Shown here in pieces: positions 1 through 8,857 of a stretch of DNA of 32,000 bases (positions are counted from its first letter, which is position 1; each line of letters starts with the position of its first letter). The DNA lies in the NCBI GenBank assembly GCA_028700905.1, contig JAQVRT010000002.1, forward strand, positions 1 to 32,000, given 5' to 3'. Source of the DNA: Candidatus Iainarchaeum sp. (GTDB taxonomy: Archaea > Iainarchaeota > Iainarchaeia > Iainarchaeales > CSSED10-239). A model generated the notes under the pieces. The model was not told the origin of the DNA and searched no databases. It saw only the letters and a list, made by a program, of their open reading frames with translations. Both the position numbers and the translations under genes were made by a program.

Positions 1-53
1 AAAATGAAAAACTATATAAACCTAAACCTATAATATATTATTAGAAGGAAAGA

Positions 54-1124
54 ATGAATATGACAATTAATTTTGCACAGATTTTAATAATAATTTTTAT
101 ATTTTTGTCATTTGGTACAATTATAGCTATAGTTAATTTAAGAGTTAAGAAAAAAGACCCTATTAACAAAGAACAAAAAACATGGCAAATAATTGAAACA
201 TTAAATACTAAGAAAAAAGAGATTCTAGAACAAAAAAAAGAACTTTCTTATAGATATACCGCAAAAAGTATTGATGAATCAGTATATTCAAAAACTTTAA
301 AAGAAATTAATGAAGAACTTAAAAAAATAGAAAATAAAATTAATTTAGAAGTTTCAAACCTTACAAAAATACAAAAAGATGACTCTCCTGAAGAAGAACT
401 TAGATTTAAAAACCTAAAGATTAAAGGAGATGTTAGTGAACTTGAAGTTGAAAATTTAAATTTAAAAGAAAGAATTAAAGAACTTGAAGAATTTATTAAA
501 AATATTAAAAAAAATACAGAAACAAAAGCTAGCGAAGAAGATATTAATAAAATAAAATATTATTCAATAATTATTAATAAGTACAAAGACATAATAAACG
601 AAGATGAAAGAAAAACAATTTCTCAATTAAAAGAAATGATAAAACCAAACGATTTAACAATAAAAAGTATAATTTCAAAATTCACACCAATTGCTTATGA
701 TTATAATAAAGATTATTTAACAACACTTAGAAAAATATATAATTATCTAAGAACAGAAATTGATGTTATTGAAAACGATTTAAAAGTTATTTTTTGGATG
801 GATTTTTCAAAAATTATTTCTGAAAAAATTTGTGATGAACAAACAATATCTGTAATTCTTTGTTCAGTGATGCAAGGAATGCAAGATAATTTATCAAGCA
901 TAGAAGTAGTTTTACTTGAAGATGACAAAGTACATTCTTTTGTAAGCACAAAGATTAAAGAAACTTATTATATTTTAGATATTGTTCAAAACATACCTAT
1001 AGATACTTATAAAAATACAGATGTTAATAAACTTTATGAAGAATATAGGTACAACAACAAGAAAATTGTTAAAAAAATATATTCTTATAACAACCTAGAA
1101 TATACAGATTATAGTAATGAATAA
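54..1124 (+). CDS. membrane-anchored coiled-coil protein with a possible C-terminal transglutaminase-like Cys-His-Asp core; function unknown
   Basis: ATG ORF of 356 aa. It has an N-terminal hydrophobic helix (ILIIIFIFLSFGTIIAIV) followed by KKK, then a K/E/N-rich heptad-like middle. The C-terminal part reads EKICDEQTISVILCSV, about 35 aa, KVHSFV, about 15 aa, YYILD. This spacing resembles the Cys/His/Asp core of transglutaminase-like proteases (pattern match from memory, not searched). Confidence 0.6.
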   Translation: MNMTINFAQILIIIFIFLSFGTIIAIVNLRVKKKDPINKEQKTWQIIETLNTKKKEILEQKKELSYRYTAKSIDESVYSKTLKEINEELKKIENKINLEVSNLTKIQKDDSPEEELRFKNLKIKGDVSELEVENLNLKERIKELEEFIKNIKKNTETKASEEDINKIKYYSIIINKYKDIINEDERKTISQLKEMIKPNDLTIKSIISKFTPIAYDYNKDYLTTLRKIYNYLRTEIDVIENDLKVIFWMDFSKIISEKICDEQTISVILCSVMQGMQDNLSSIEVVLLEDDKVHSFVSTKIKETYYILDIVQNIPIDTYKNTDVNKLYEEYRYNNKKIVKKIYSYNNLEYTDYSNE

Positions 1125-1127
1125 TTT

Positions 1128-2183
1128 ATGGAAAATATACAAACCACTAGTACTGTTTTTTTTTATATAGCTAAAAAATTAAAAGAAGAATTTAATTTAG
1201 GGTATATTAATAATGTACAGACTATTGATAACAAAATTTGGAAAATTAAAATACATTCTAAAAAAACAAAAGAACTAATTATAACACCAGAAATTTGTTT
1301 TTTACCAAAACATACTTTTCCAGTTTCAGAAATATTAGGTTTTGAAAAATATCTTAAAAAAAAATTATATAATCAAAGAATACATGCTATTTATCAAGAC
1401 AAAAATAACAAAGTAATTTGTTTTAAATTAGATAAATATTATTTAATATTTGAATTCTTTTCAAAATCAAATGTAATCTTAACAGATGAAAATTTAGAAA
1501 TAATAACCTCTAGACAAAAAGAAGAATGGAAAGATAGAATCATTCAGAAAGGAGAAACTTATAATTTCCCTTCTGGAGAAGATATTAAACTTAAAAATAA
1601 AAAAGAAATTGAAGAAGAATTAAAAGATTTAACAGATATTGAAAAAATAAGAGTGCTTTCTAAAAAATATAATGTCGCACCAATGGAAATTAACGATATC
1701 ATAGATTCTAAAAAACCATTAATTGAAACACTATATAAAAATTATGAACTTAAAGAACCAAAAGTAAAAAAAATTATAAAGAATAATAAAAATAGTTTTA
1801 TAATTTCAAGAGATGGAGAAGATATATTTAATTCTTTTGAAAACGAATTTAAAAATTTCTTTGAACAAAAAGAAGAAGTTAAAGAGACTATTAAAAAAAA
1901 TAAAGTTTCAGAAATATTAAAAGCACAAGAAGATAAAAAAGAAGAATTTGAAAATAAAATAAAAACTCTTGAAAAAGAAGGAGAATTTATTTATTCTAAT
2001 TTTACATTAATTGATCAACTTAATTCAATTATTGAAAAAGCTACTTTAAAAAAAATAGAGTCTAAAGATATTATTTTAAAAATTAATAATTATCTTGAAG
2101 AAAAAAATATTGAATTATATATTACAGAAATTAATCAAAAGAAAAAGACTTATACAATAGAGAAGAAGATAAAGAATAAATAA
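1128..2183 (+). CDS. NFACT-N domain protein (Rqc2/RqcH/FbpA-like), short form lacking the NFACT-R part
   Basis: 351-aa ORF starting 4 nt after the previous stop. The N-terminal ~150 aa fit the NFACT-N pattern (ELIITPEICFLPKHTFP, FEKYLKKKLYNQRIHAIYQ, KVICFKLD, YLIFEFFSKSNVILTDEN), followed by a K/E coiled coil. The protein ends inside the coiled-coil/middle region, and no DUF814/NFACT-R-like segment follows. Confidence 0.65.
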   Translation: MENIQTTSTVFFYIAKKLKEEFNLGYINNVQTIDNKIWKIKIHSKKTKELIITPEICFLPKHTFPVSEILGFEKYLKKKLYNQRIHAIYQDKNNKVICFKLDKYYLIFEFFSKSNVILTDENLEIITSRQKEEWKDRIIQKGETYNFPSGEDIKLKNKKEIEEELKDLTDIEKIRVLSKKYNVAPMEINDIIDSKKPLIETLYKNYELKEPKVKKIIKNNKNSFIISRDGEDIFNSFENEFKNFFEQKEEVKETIKKNKVSEILKAQEDKKEEFENKIKTLEKEGEFIYSNFTLIDQLNSIIEKATLKKIESKDIILKINNYLEEKNIELYITEINQKKKTYTIEKKIKNK

Positions 2184-2187
2184 AAAT

Positions 2188-2448
2188 TTATTCTTTTTGT
2201 ACTTGACCTTCATCTACTATAAAAACATCACTTACAGCTAAAACACTCTTATAAGGTATCTCAAGCATATTACCTTGTAAACTTAATTTTTGTATAAATG
2301 CAGATGCAGGATCTACTTCAACTAAAATAGATTCAATTTCTCCTGATTGTTCATTTACCATTAAATCAATTAAACGTCCGATATTGTCTCCTCTGTTTGT
2401 AATTAATTTTTTTGTAGCAAGTTGTCTTGCAATAGCATATTTGTACAT
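2188..2448 (-). CDS. PRC-barrel domain protein
   Basis: 86-aa ORF. The pattern LITNRGDNIGRLIDLMVNEQSGEIESILV ... IPYKSVLAVSDVFIV is typical of small archaeal PRC-barrel proteins. GAGG lies 9-12 nt upstream of the ATG (gtgaggaattaactATG on the coding strand). Confidence 0.7.
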   Translation of the reverse strand: MYKYAIARQLATKKLITNRGDNIGRLIDLMVNEQSGEIESILVEVDPASAFIQKLSLQGNMLEIPYKSVLAVSDVFIVDEGQVQKE

Positions 2449-2630
2449 AGTTAATTCCTCACTTTAATTTTAAATATAAAAATTATATTAATATGTTAGT
2501 AATTAGATTTATAAATGCATCGGTTTAGATTAACTAACCTAGATAAATTTATTGTTAAGAATACAAACTAATAAATAAAACAAGGTTTTTAAAAACATAC
2601 CCTCTAAATAATATTTAAATGTGAAACTTT

Positions 2631-2855
2631 ATGGATTCTGAAAAATATTCAAAAAACACTATTATTATTGTTGTAATTAGCCTAATTATAGGATTTATAC
2701 TTGGTGCAATTGTATTTTCAGGAAATGTTTTTACAAAAAACAAAGAAAACGTAAGTTTTAATGAAATACAAATATTAAACAAAGAAATAAATAATTGTAT
2801 AGATCAACTAAATATTTGTGAAAATCAACTTGTAAAAGATGTTAATTTAGATTAG
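2631..2855 (+). CDS. small single-pass membrane protein, unknown function
   Basis: 74-aa ORF with one hydrophobic helix (IIIVVISLIIGFILGAIVF) and a short polar tail containing 2 Cys. It overlaps the converging DUF373 gene by 9 nt. Support is only ORF plus TM-like composition. Confidence 0.4.
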   Translation: MDSEKYSKNTIIIVVISLIIGFILGAIVFSGNVFTKNKENVSFNEIQILNKEINNCIDQLNICENQLVKDVNLD

Positions 2856-4142
2856 AATAGTACCATTTTCTAAAACAAAGTTCTTTTCTGAAATAGTTTT
2901 TACTTTTTCAGTGTTCTTTTCCTTATATCTTAATATTTTTCTCTTATCATCAACACCAGTTACTTCTCCTAAAAATAAACCATATTTAGAATAAACTGGA
3001 AGACCAACTAAAAGAGGACTTACCTTAAAATTAACATCAAATAAAACAGTAAATCTACTTACTAAAACTAAAAGGATTGATCCAAAGATTACCACTAATA
3101 AAAAGAATGAAATATTTATATCTTGAATTATGAATTGCAAAGCAAAATCAACAATAATTGAAAAAATAACTATAAAAAATAAAGCAAAAATATTTTTACC
3201 TAAATTATACATTTTTTTCAAATAGAATAAATCAATTATTGAACCTATTACTAAAAGAACAAAAGCAATTACAATTTGTAAAAGCACAGACCTAATTGAA
3301 GAAACAATAATAAACAAATAATCAAAATATTGATTTTGATAATATAGATTTAATCCTTTAATTATTGCAAAGATTAAAAAGAATATAAAAGCAAGATAAA
3401 AAGGAAGGCTTATCCTGTATATTGAAAATTTTTTAATAATATTGTTATAAAAATTATTAATTCTTTTATCAAGACTAAAACCCTTTACTAAAAAATACAT
3501 TCCTAATAAAAATGCAACAATTTGCAAAGCATAAGCCCTAAAGAAAACAAACAACAATAAAGCAATTGCAGGAACACCATAAACAACTCTTGCAAAAAAA
3601 GGATCTTTTAATGCTCTTTTAATTGTATAAAAAGTACTTTCAAGACTCTTTGATTGTCTTACAATTACTGTTTCTTTAGAAATTATCGGAACAAAATTTT
3701 GAATTAATGGAATAACTTGATCATCTTCTGCTCCATCACTTACAAAAACAACACCAGTTGCAGGATAAACAGACAAAACTTGTTTTAATTGATTTGCAAT
3801 ATTTTTATCAGAAAATAAAACATTTTCTTTTGAGTGGCCTGTTAAAGTTACAATTTCAACATCTGTATTTGACTCAAGTTTTTTATAAACTTTAAGACCT
3901 CCAAAAATACAATTGGCATCTGAGTCTTCTGGATCTGCAATCCCAAAATTAGTTACAACTTTTAAATTGTTTTTAAAACCAATAATTGGTCCTGTTACAT
4001 TTATTTTTTGACCAATATCATTATCCCTATCTACACACACGACTAATATTTTTTCTTGATCTAAAATCTCATCAGAGATTGTTTGTGAAACTATTTTTAC
4101 ATCTTTTGTTTTATTAGTTTCTTTTTTTTTAGATTTAGCCAT
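2847..4142 (-). CDS. DUF373-family archaeal integral membrane protein
   Basis: The ORF track extends to 4184, but the ATG at 4142 (MAKSKKKE...) is the more plausible start. The soluble N-domain carries LVVCVDRDNDIG, ADPEDSDANC and VSDGAEDDQVIPLI, followed by about 7 hydrophobic helices. This matches my recollection of the DUF373 alignment. Confidence 0.7.
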   Translation of the reverse strand: MAKSKKKETNKTKDVKIVSQTISDEILDQEKILVVCVDRDNDIGQKINVTGPIIGFKNNLKVVTNFGIADPEDSDANCIFGGLKVYKKLESNTDVEIVTLTGHSKENVLFSDKNIANQLKQVLSVYPATGVVFVSDGAEDDQVIPLIQNFVPIISKETVIVRQSKSLESTFYTIKRALKDPFFARVVYGVPAIALLLFVFFRAYALQIVAFLLGMYFLVKGFSLDKRINNFYNNIIKKFSIYRISLPFYLAFIFFLIFAIIKGLNLYYQNQYFDYLFIIVSSIRSVLLQIVIAFVLLVIGSIIDLFYLKKMYNLGKNIFALFFIVIFSIIVDFALQFIIQDINISFFLLVVIFGSILLVLVSRFTVLFDVNFKVSPLLVGLPVYSKYGLFLGEVTGVDDKRKILRYKEKNTEKVKTISEKNFVLENGTILI

Positions 4143-4229
4143 GGTTACTCCAAAATATATAATATAGAAAAATATATAAAACAATTGTAATTTAATTTAT
4201 TTAAATAAACATATAAAAATGAATTTTCT

Positions 4230-5189
4230 ATGGACGAATCTAAATTTAAAAATTTTATATTTACAATATTGACACTTTTTGTTTTAGGAGCATTAATTGC
4301 TGTTTTTTATTTAAGCCAAAAAATACAGACAAGTATACTTTGGTTTTTAGGAATTGTATTTTTTATATTTCTAATATTTAAATTTAAAATAATCCTTACT
4401 CTTAAAGATTATGAAAGAACTGTAATATTCAGATTTGGAAAAGTTAGAAGAGTTGGAGGGCCTGGTTGGACTTTTGTATGGCCATTAATTGAAAAACCAA
4501 ATATTGTGACCTTAAGAGTTGAAACAATAGATATCCCTCCACAAAATGTATTAACAAAAGATAATATTCAACTAAGAGTAGATGGGGTATTATTTATTTC
4601 AGTAAAACCAGATAAAGAAAGTGTAGTAAATTCAATTGTAAATGTTGAAGATTATAGAAAAGCATCTACTATGTATGTTATTGCTGTATTAAGAGATATA
4701 ATTGGTGAATTTGAATTAACTGAAGTTGTTACAAATGTAGAAGACATTAATACCAGGATAAAAAAAGCATTAGAAAATGTTTCAAAAGAATGGGGTATTA
4801 AAGTTACTTCTGTAGAACTTACAGATATTAAAATACCAGAAGACATTTTAATGGCAATGCACGAACAAAAAGCAGCAGTTCAAAAGAAACTTGCAGTTTA
4901 TGAACTTGCAGAGTCTGAAAAAGCAAAGATTTTAGCTGTTAAAGATGCAACAGATCAATTATCTGAAAAAACAGTTATCTATTATTACTTAAAGGCTTTA
5001 GAAAAAATGGCAGAAGGACAATCTTCTAAAATTATTTTTCCAATGGAGCTTACATCTTTATTAAACAAAGTTACAGACACTATTAGTAAAACTAAAGATG
5101 TTAAAAAAGTTGCAAATAAAGTTGACACAGAAGATTTAAAAAATTATTTGCCATTTATTAAAGCTTATTTAAAAGATGAAAAAAAATAA
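4230..5189 (+). CDS. SPFH/Band-7 stomatin-like protein
   Basis: 319 aa with N-terminal hydrophobic hairpin helices, then YERTVIFRFGKVRRVGGPGWTFVWPLIEK...ETIDIPPQNVLTKDNIQLRVDGVLF, and an EA-rich C-terminal coiled coil. This is the classic stomatin/prohibitin-homology signature. Confidence 0.85.
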   Translation: MDESKFKNFIFTILTLFVLGALIAVFYLSQKIQTSILWFLGIVFFIFLIFKFKIILTLKDYERTVIFRFGKVRRVGGPGWTFVWPLIEKPNIVTLRVETIDIPPQNVLTKDNIQLRVDGVLFISVKPDKESVVNSIVNVEDYRKASTMYVIAVLRDIIGEFELTEVVTNVEDINTRIKKALENVSKEWGIKVTSVELTDIKIPEDILMAMHEQKAAVQKKLAVYELAESEKAKILAVKDATDQLSEKTVIYYYLKALEKMAEGQSSKIIFPMELTSLLNKVTDTISKTKDVKKVANKVDTEDLKNYLPFIKAYLKDEKK

Positions 5190-5502
5190 AAAGGATGTGG
5201 TTAAAATTAAACAAAAAAATAATACCAAAAACATATTAGTTTATGGGTTAGTTGGATTATTAATAGGACTTATTTTAGGAATATTATTATCAAGCTCATT
5301 TACAACAAGTGGAAATGCAACAAGCATAATGTCAAAAAACAACACTTTATTAATTGACCAAATATATACTGGAAATGCAAGTGAGTGTGGTTTAAGTCCT
5401 CCAAATTTAGAATATTGTACAGGAAACGTAACTTGTTGTAATGGTGGAAGACCTGGTTGTTGTGCAAGAGCAGGACAAAAAGAAATTACCAAAACTAATT
5501 AA
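5176..5502 (+). CDS. small membrane-anchored Cys-rich protein with N-glycosylation sequons, unknown function
   Basis: 108-aa ORF overlapping the stomatin stop by 14 nt. It has a basic N-terminus, one TM helix (ILVYGLVGLLIGLILGILL), four N-x-S/T sequons, and a tail ECGLSPPNLEYCTGNVTCCNGGRPGCCARAG with 6 Cys. The region is locally G+C-richer than its surroundings. Confidence 0.5.
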   Translation: MKKNKKDVVKIKQKNNTKNILVYGLVGLLIGLILGILLSSSFTTSGNATSIMSKNNTLLIDQIYTGNASECGLSPPNLEYCTGNVTCCNGGRPGCCARAGQKEITKTN

Positions 5503-5505
5503 CTT

Positions 5506-6105
5506 TCAAGAAAATCTTTCTAAAAATAACTTTGAAAACTTCTCAAGTCTTTCAAAGTTCTTTTCTATTTTTTTATTTGCTCTATCAACTATAAATTTTA
5601 AATAATCATCAGTAACTAACATTTTACCATTTTCCTTTAAAGGTAAAGCCATGTACTGTGTGCTTGTTACCTCTAAGATGTACTTTCCATCATGAGCAGT
5701 TATTATACCTGCTTTTTTAAGCCCAAATTCTTGAGAAAAAGAAAGTAGTTCTTTTGCCTTTTCATAATCTTTACATCCAAAATGAAAAATAAAAGGTTCC
5801 ATCTTAAACCAAAGCTCAGATTCATTAAAATCATCAGTATCTTGTTTAAGTTCTTCAAAAGTGGTTTTTCTATGATATTTTTTATGAAAAGAAGAGACTT
5901 TCTTATTTTCATATTCATCTGTAGATAAAAGCATTATTCTTCCAGCACAAGAAGAAGAAGTAAAGACGTCTGGAATTTTTGTAACTTCTAAAAGAAAAGG
6001 AATTAATATTTCATCAACTTTTTTTGTATCTATTGCTTCCATTAAAGTTTCTGTATGATGTTTTTTTATCATTTCATATTTATTATCAATTGTATTTTGA
6101 TTCAT
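5506..6105 (-). CDS. taw3: tRNA wyosine-derivative biosynthesis methyltransferase Taw3 (TYW3 family)
   Basis: The TYW3 hallmark TSSSCAGRI (family consensus S-SCSGRI) is preceded by VDEILIPFLLEV. Length is about 200 aa. The track ORF starts at a TTG (6117); the ATG at 6105 is preferred. Confidence 0.75.
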   Translation of the reverse strand: MNQNTIDNKYEMIKKHHTETLMEAIDTKKVDEILIPFLLEVTKIPDVFTSSSCAGRIMLLSTDEYENKKVSSFHKKYHRKTTFEELKQDTDDFNESELWFKMEPFIFHFGCKDYEKAKELLSFSQEFGLKKAGIITAHDGKYILEVTSTQYMALPLKENGKMLVTDDYLKFIVDRANKKIEKNFERLEKFSKLFLERFS

Positions 6106-6209
6106 AAGTATTTCCAACCTTTTTAATTTTAAAAAGCTTTTTATATTTGTTTAGCTATAATATATATAGATAAAAAATATTTAATAAAGGATAGGATAAA
6201 AGAAAATTT

Positions 6210-7004
6210 ATGAAAAAATATTTAATAATAATTATTTTTATGATAGTGATTAGTACTAATTTATTTTCATTAGAATTATTAGAACCAATCTCTAAAGATT
6301 TAACTTATAATGACACTGTAGAATTAGGATTTTTTTCTCCAGGGGAATTTTTTATGATAAGCTTTCTTTTAGAAGAAAATGAAAATTACAACAACATTTC
6401 TATTAGTCCAAATCAAATAAACGACGTTATTGTAGAAAAAACAAGACAAACAAGAGAAAGTATTTTTACAGAAATTAAACTTGCAGAAAATTTATCTGGT
6501 CCTTATTCATTAAAATTAATTTTAAGCTCTGAAAACCAAAAGAGAGAAATTATTTTAAATATGGAAATTACAGATCAAGTAATTCATTCAAAATTAATTA
6601 ATTATAATCCTTATGTTAAATATGAACAAAAAGAAACAATAACCTTAAGTATTATTAATAAGTCAAACACTACTAAAAAAATAATGATTACTTCAGATAT
6701 TTCTGACAAATGGTTTTTAGATAAAAAAGAAAGACTTTCAAAAGAAAAAAAAATTATTCTTCAACCAAATAGTGTAACAGAACAAATATATCAATATTAT
6801 CCTAAAGAAATTGGAGAGAAAAATTTTACTTTGAAAATATATCCTAAAGAAGAGGATTTAACAAACAGTATTAATTATAATCTTAAAATAAATACTGCAA
6901 AAGATCTTAAATCAATATATGGTTCAAAAGAACATTTTTATCCATTATTTAACTCAAACTTAATACCTATTTACTTTTTAAACAAAATAATTAAAATCAT
7001 ATAA
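6210..7004 (+). CDS. secreted or surface protein with a CARDB/Ig-like segment, unknown function
   Basis: 264 aa with an N-terminal signal-like helix (KKYLIIIIFMIVISTNLFS). The beta-rich segment ETITLSIINKSNTTKKIMITSD...FTLKIY resembles CARDB/S-layer-type domains. Confidence 0.6.
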   Translation: MKKYLIIIIFMIVISTNLFSLELLEPISKDLTYNDTVELGFFSPGEFFMISFLLEENENYNNISISPNQINDVIVEKTRQTRESIFTEIKLAENLSGPYSLKLILSSENQKREIILNMEITDQVIHSKLINYNPYVKYEQKETITLSIINKSNTTKKIMITSDISDKWFLDKKERLSKEKKIILQPNSVTEQIYQYYPKEIGEKNFTLKIYPKEEDLTNSINYNLKINTAKDLKSIYGSKEHFYPLFNSNLIPIYFLNKIIKII

Positions 7005-7008
7005 ATAC

Positions 7009-8565
7009 ATGAACAAAGAAAAGAAAAAACAAATAAAAGATTTTTTTAAAAATATAAATCTTGAAAAAATAAAATACAAAGAACTTCAAGGACTAAAAGC
7101 AAGTTTTGCAAAAAAATATAATTTATCTAAATTACCATTAACTTCAGATATTTTATATGCCCTTGATATTCAACACCCAACTTCTACATTTATAACTAAA
7201 CCTTCAAGAACCCTTTCTGGAGTTACAATACTTTCTGTAATGACAAAACCGCATGTGTGTCCAGGAAACTGTATTTTTTGTCCAAGCTTTAAAGATACAC
7301 CTAAAAGTTATACTGGTTTTGAACCTGCAAGTATGAGAGGTAAATTAAATGATTTTGATCCTGCAAAACAAATTACAGATAGGATAAAACAACTTGAAGC
7401 AATAGGTCACCCTACAAACAAATTAGAACTTATTGTTATGGGAGGAACATTCCCTTCAACTGATTATAAATACCAAAAAGAATTTATGGTTAAAACATTT
7501 CAAGCAATCTCAAATTCTAAAAGTAAAGATATAAATAATCTTAAAAAAATATTAATGAAAACAAAAAGAAGAATAGTTGGACTTACCTTTGAAACAAGAC
7601 CAGATTATTGTGATAGAAAAATAATTAGAAGACTTTTAGATTTTGGAGGGACAAGAGTTGAACTTGGAGTACAAACAACTTATGACGATGTTCATGTTTT
7701 TGTAAAAAGAGGACATGGAATTAAAGAAGTTATTCAAGCAACAAAAGAACTTAAAGATTCTGGATTTAAAGTATTATATCATATGATGATTGGACTTCCT
7801 GGAAGTGATATTAAAAGAGATTTTGAAAGTTTTAAAGAAATTTTTTCAAATCCAGATTATTGTCCTGACATGATAAAAATATATCCTTGTCTTGTAACAG
7901 AACATACTGTTCTTGAAAAAATGTATTATTCTCAAAAATATATTCCTTATACTGAAAAAGAAGTCATTAATTTAATTGCAGATATAAAAGAAATTGTCCC
8001 AAAATGGGTTAGAATAATGAGAGTTCAAAGAGATATACCTGCAACAAAAATACTTGCAGGAATCACAAAAAGCAATTTAAGAGAACTTGTATTTAAAGAA
8101 CTTGAAAAAAGAAAAACAAAATGTAACTGTATTAGATGTTGTGAACCTAAACATAAAATTGAAAACATAAAAAGTTATTCTATTAAAAAAATTAAATATT
8201 CTGCATCTGGAGGTACAGAATATTTTATATATGCTGAAAAACAAGAATATTTATTAGGTTTTATAAGACTTAGAATACCAGATAAACCTTTTGTTAAAGA
8301 AATAAATGAAAATACCTCAATTGTAAGAGAATTACATGTTTATGGACAAGCAACAGAGTTTAAAAATAAAAACATACAACATATCGGTATTGGAAAAAAA
8401 TTATTGAAATTAGCAGAAACAATTTCACTTAAAGAAAATAAAACAAAAGTTGCAGTAATTAGTGGAATTGGAGTTAGAGAATATTATAAAAAACAAGGCT
8501 ATAAACTTGAAGGCGCATACATGGTAAAAGTGATTAAAAATGATAGAAAAAGAAAAATTAATTGA
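7009..8565 (+). CDS. elp3: Elp3: radical-SAM/GNAT tRNA U34 carboxymethyl-modification enzyme
   Basis: 518 aa. It has a radical-SAM cluster motif CPGNCIFC (CX3CX2C), an Elp3-type core (GGTF, RVELGVQT, MIGLPG, IYP) and a C-terminal GNAT part (VRELHVYG...GIGKKLL). Length and order match archaeal Elp3. Confidence 0.9.
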   Translation: MNKEKKKQIKDFFKNINLEKIKYKELQGLKASFAKKYNLSKLPLTSDILYALDIQHPTSTFITKPSRTLSGVTILSVMTKPHVCPGNCIFCPSFKDTPKSYTGFEPASMRGKLNDFDPAKQITDRIKQLEAIGHPTNKLELIVMGGTFPSTDYKYQKEFMVKTFQAISNSKSKDINNLKKILMKTKRRIVGLTFETRPDYCDRKIIRRLLDFGGTRVELGVQTTYDDVHVFVKRGHGIKEVIQATKELKDSGFKVLYHMMIGLPGSDIKRDFESFKEIFSNPDYCPDMIKIYPCLVTEHTVLEKMYYSQKYIPYTEKEVINLIADIKEIVPKWVRIMRVQRDIPATKILAGITKSNLRELVFKELEKRKTKCNCIRCCEPKHKIENIKSYSIKKIKYSASGGTEYFIYAEKQEYLLGFIRLRIPDKPFVKEINENTSIVRELHVYGQATEFKNKNIQHIGIGKKLLKLAETISLKENKTKVAVISGIGVREYYKKQGYKLEGAYMVKVIKNDRKRKIN

Positions 8566-8857
8566 AATGGTTGAAAAAGAACCTGAATTATTAAAAATCA
8601 TACAATCTAAAGAACATATGGCAGTTTTAGTTGAAATTAACAAAAAACCACCTAAAATTGAAGAATTAAAGGCAAATATATATTTTAAAAATGTATCTAT
8701 TCTATATAATATATTAGATACACTAATACAAACAAAATTAATTAAAAAAATACAACTAGATGAAGAAGAAGTTTATTATCTTACAGATAAAGGAAAAGAT
8801 TTTGTTAGTATCTATATAGAATCTAAAGAAAAATTTGATTTAAACGGTGGTGAATAA
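8540..8857 (+). CDS. small winged-helix (wHTH) DNA-binding protein
   Basis: 105-aa ORF overlapping the elp3 3' end by 26 nt. The helix-turn-helix-wing pattern is MAVLVEI..IEELKANI..VSILYNILDTLIQTKLIKKIQLDEEEVYYLTDKGKDFV (ArsR/MarR-like topology). Confidence 0.55.
   Translation: MIEKEKLIEMVEKEPELLKIIQSKEHMAVLVEINKKPPKIEELKANIYFKNVSILYNILDTLIQTKLIKKIQLDEEEVYYLTDKGKDFVSIYIESKEKFDLNGGE

Noticed and set aside
743-949. Short antisense ORFs from the track nested inside longer genes (743-949, 4652-4846, 5241-5492, 5703-5918, 8425-8643, 19030-19218, 26899-27144, 29034-29240)
   Set aside because: Each is fully or almost fully embedded on the opposite strand or another frame of a gene with clear family motifs or better coding character. 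Their translations are low-complexity (F/I/L/S-rich), and there is no RBS or motif support.
5179-5186. A8 homopolymer at the stomatin stop and small-ORF start as a programmed frameshift or phase-variation site that would fuse the two proteins (the downstream ORF is in the +1 frame)
   Set aside because: A-runs of this length are common in this genome's K-rich coding regions. The downstream ORF has its own ATG and a basic N-terminus followed by a TM helix, typical of an independent membrane protein. Nothing else supports recoding.
7794-7806. ACTTCCTGGAAGT palindrome inside elp3 that shares the ACTTCCTG core with the inverted-repeat arms
   Set aside because: It encodes the conserved GLPGS segment of Elp3 and lacks the GGGGT part of the repeat, so it is most likely a coincidence.
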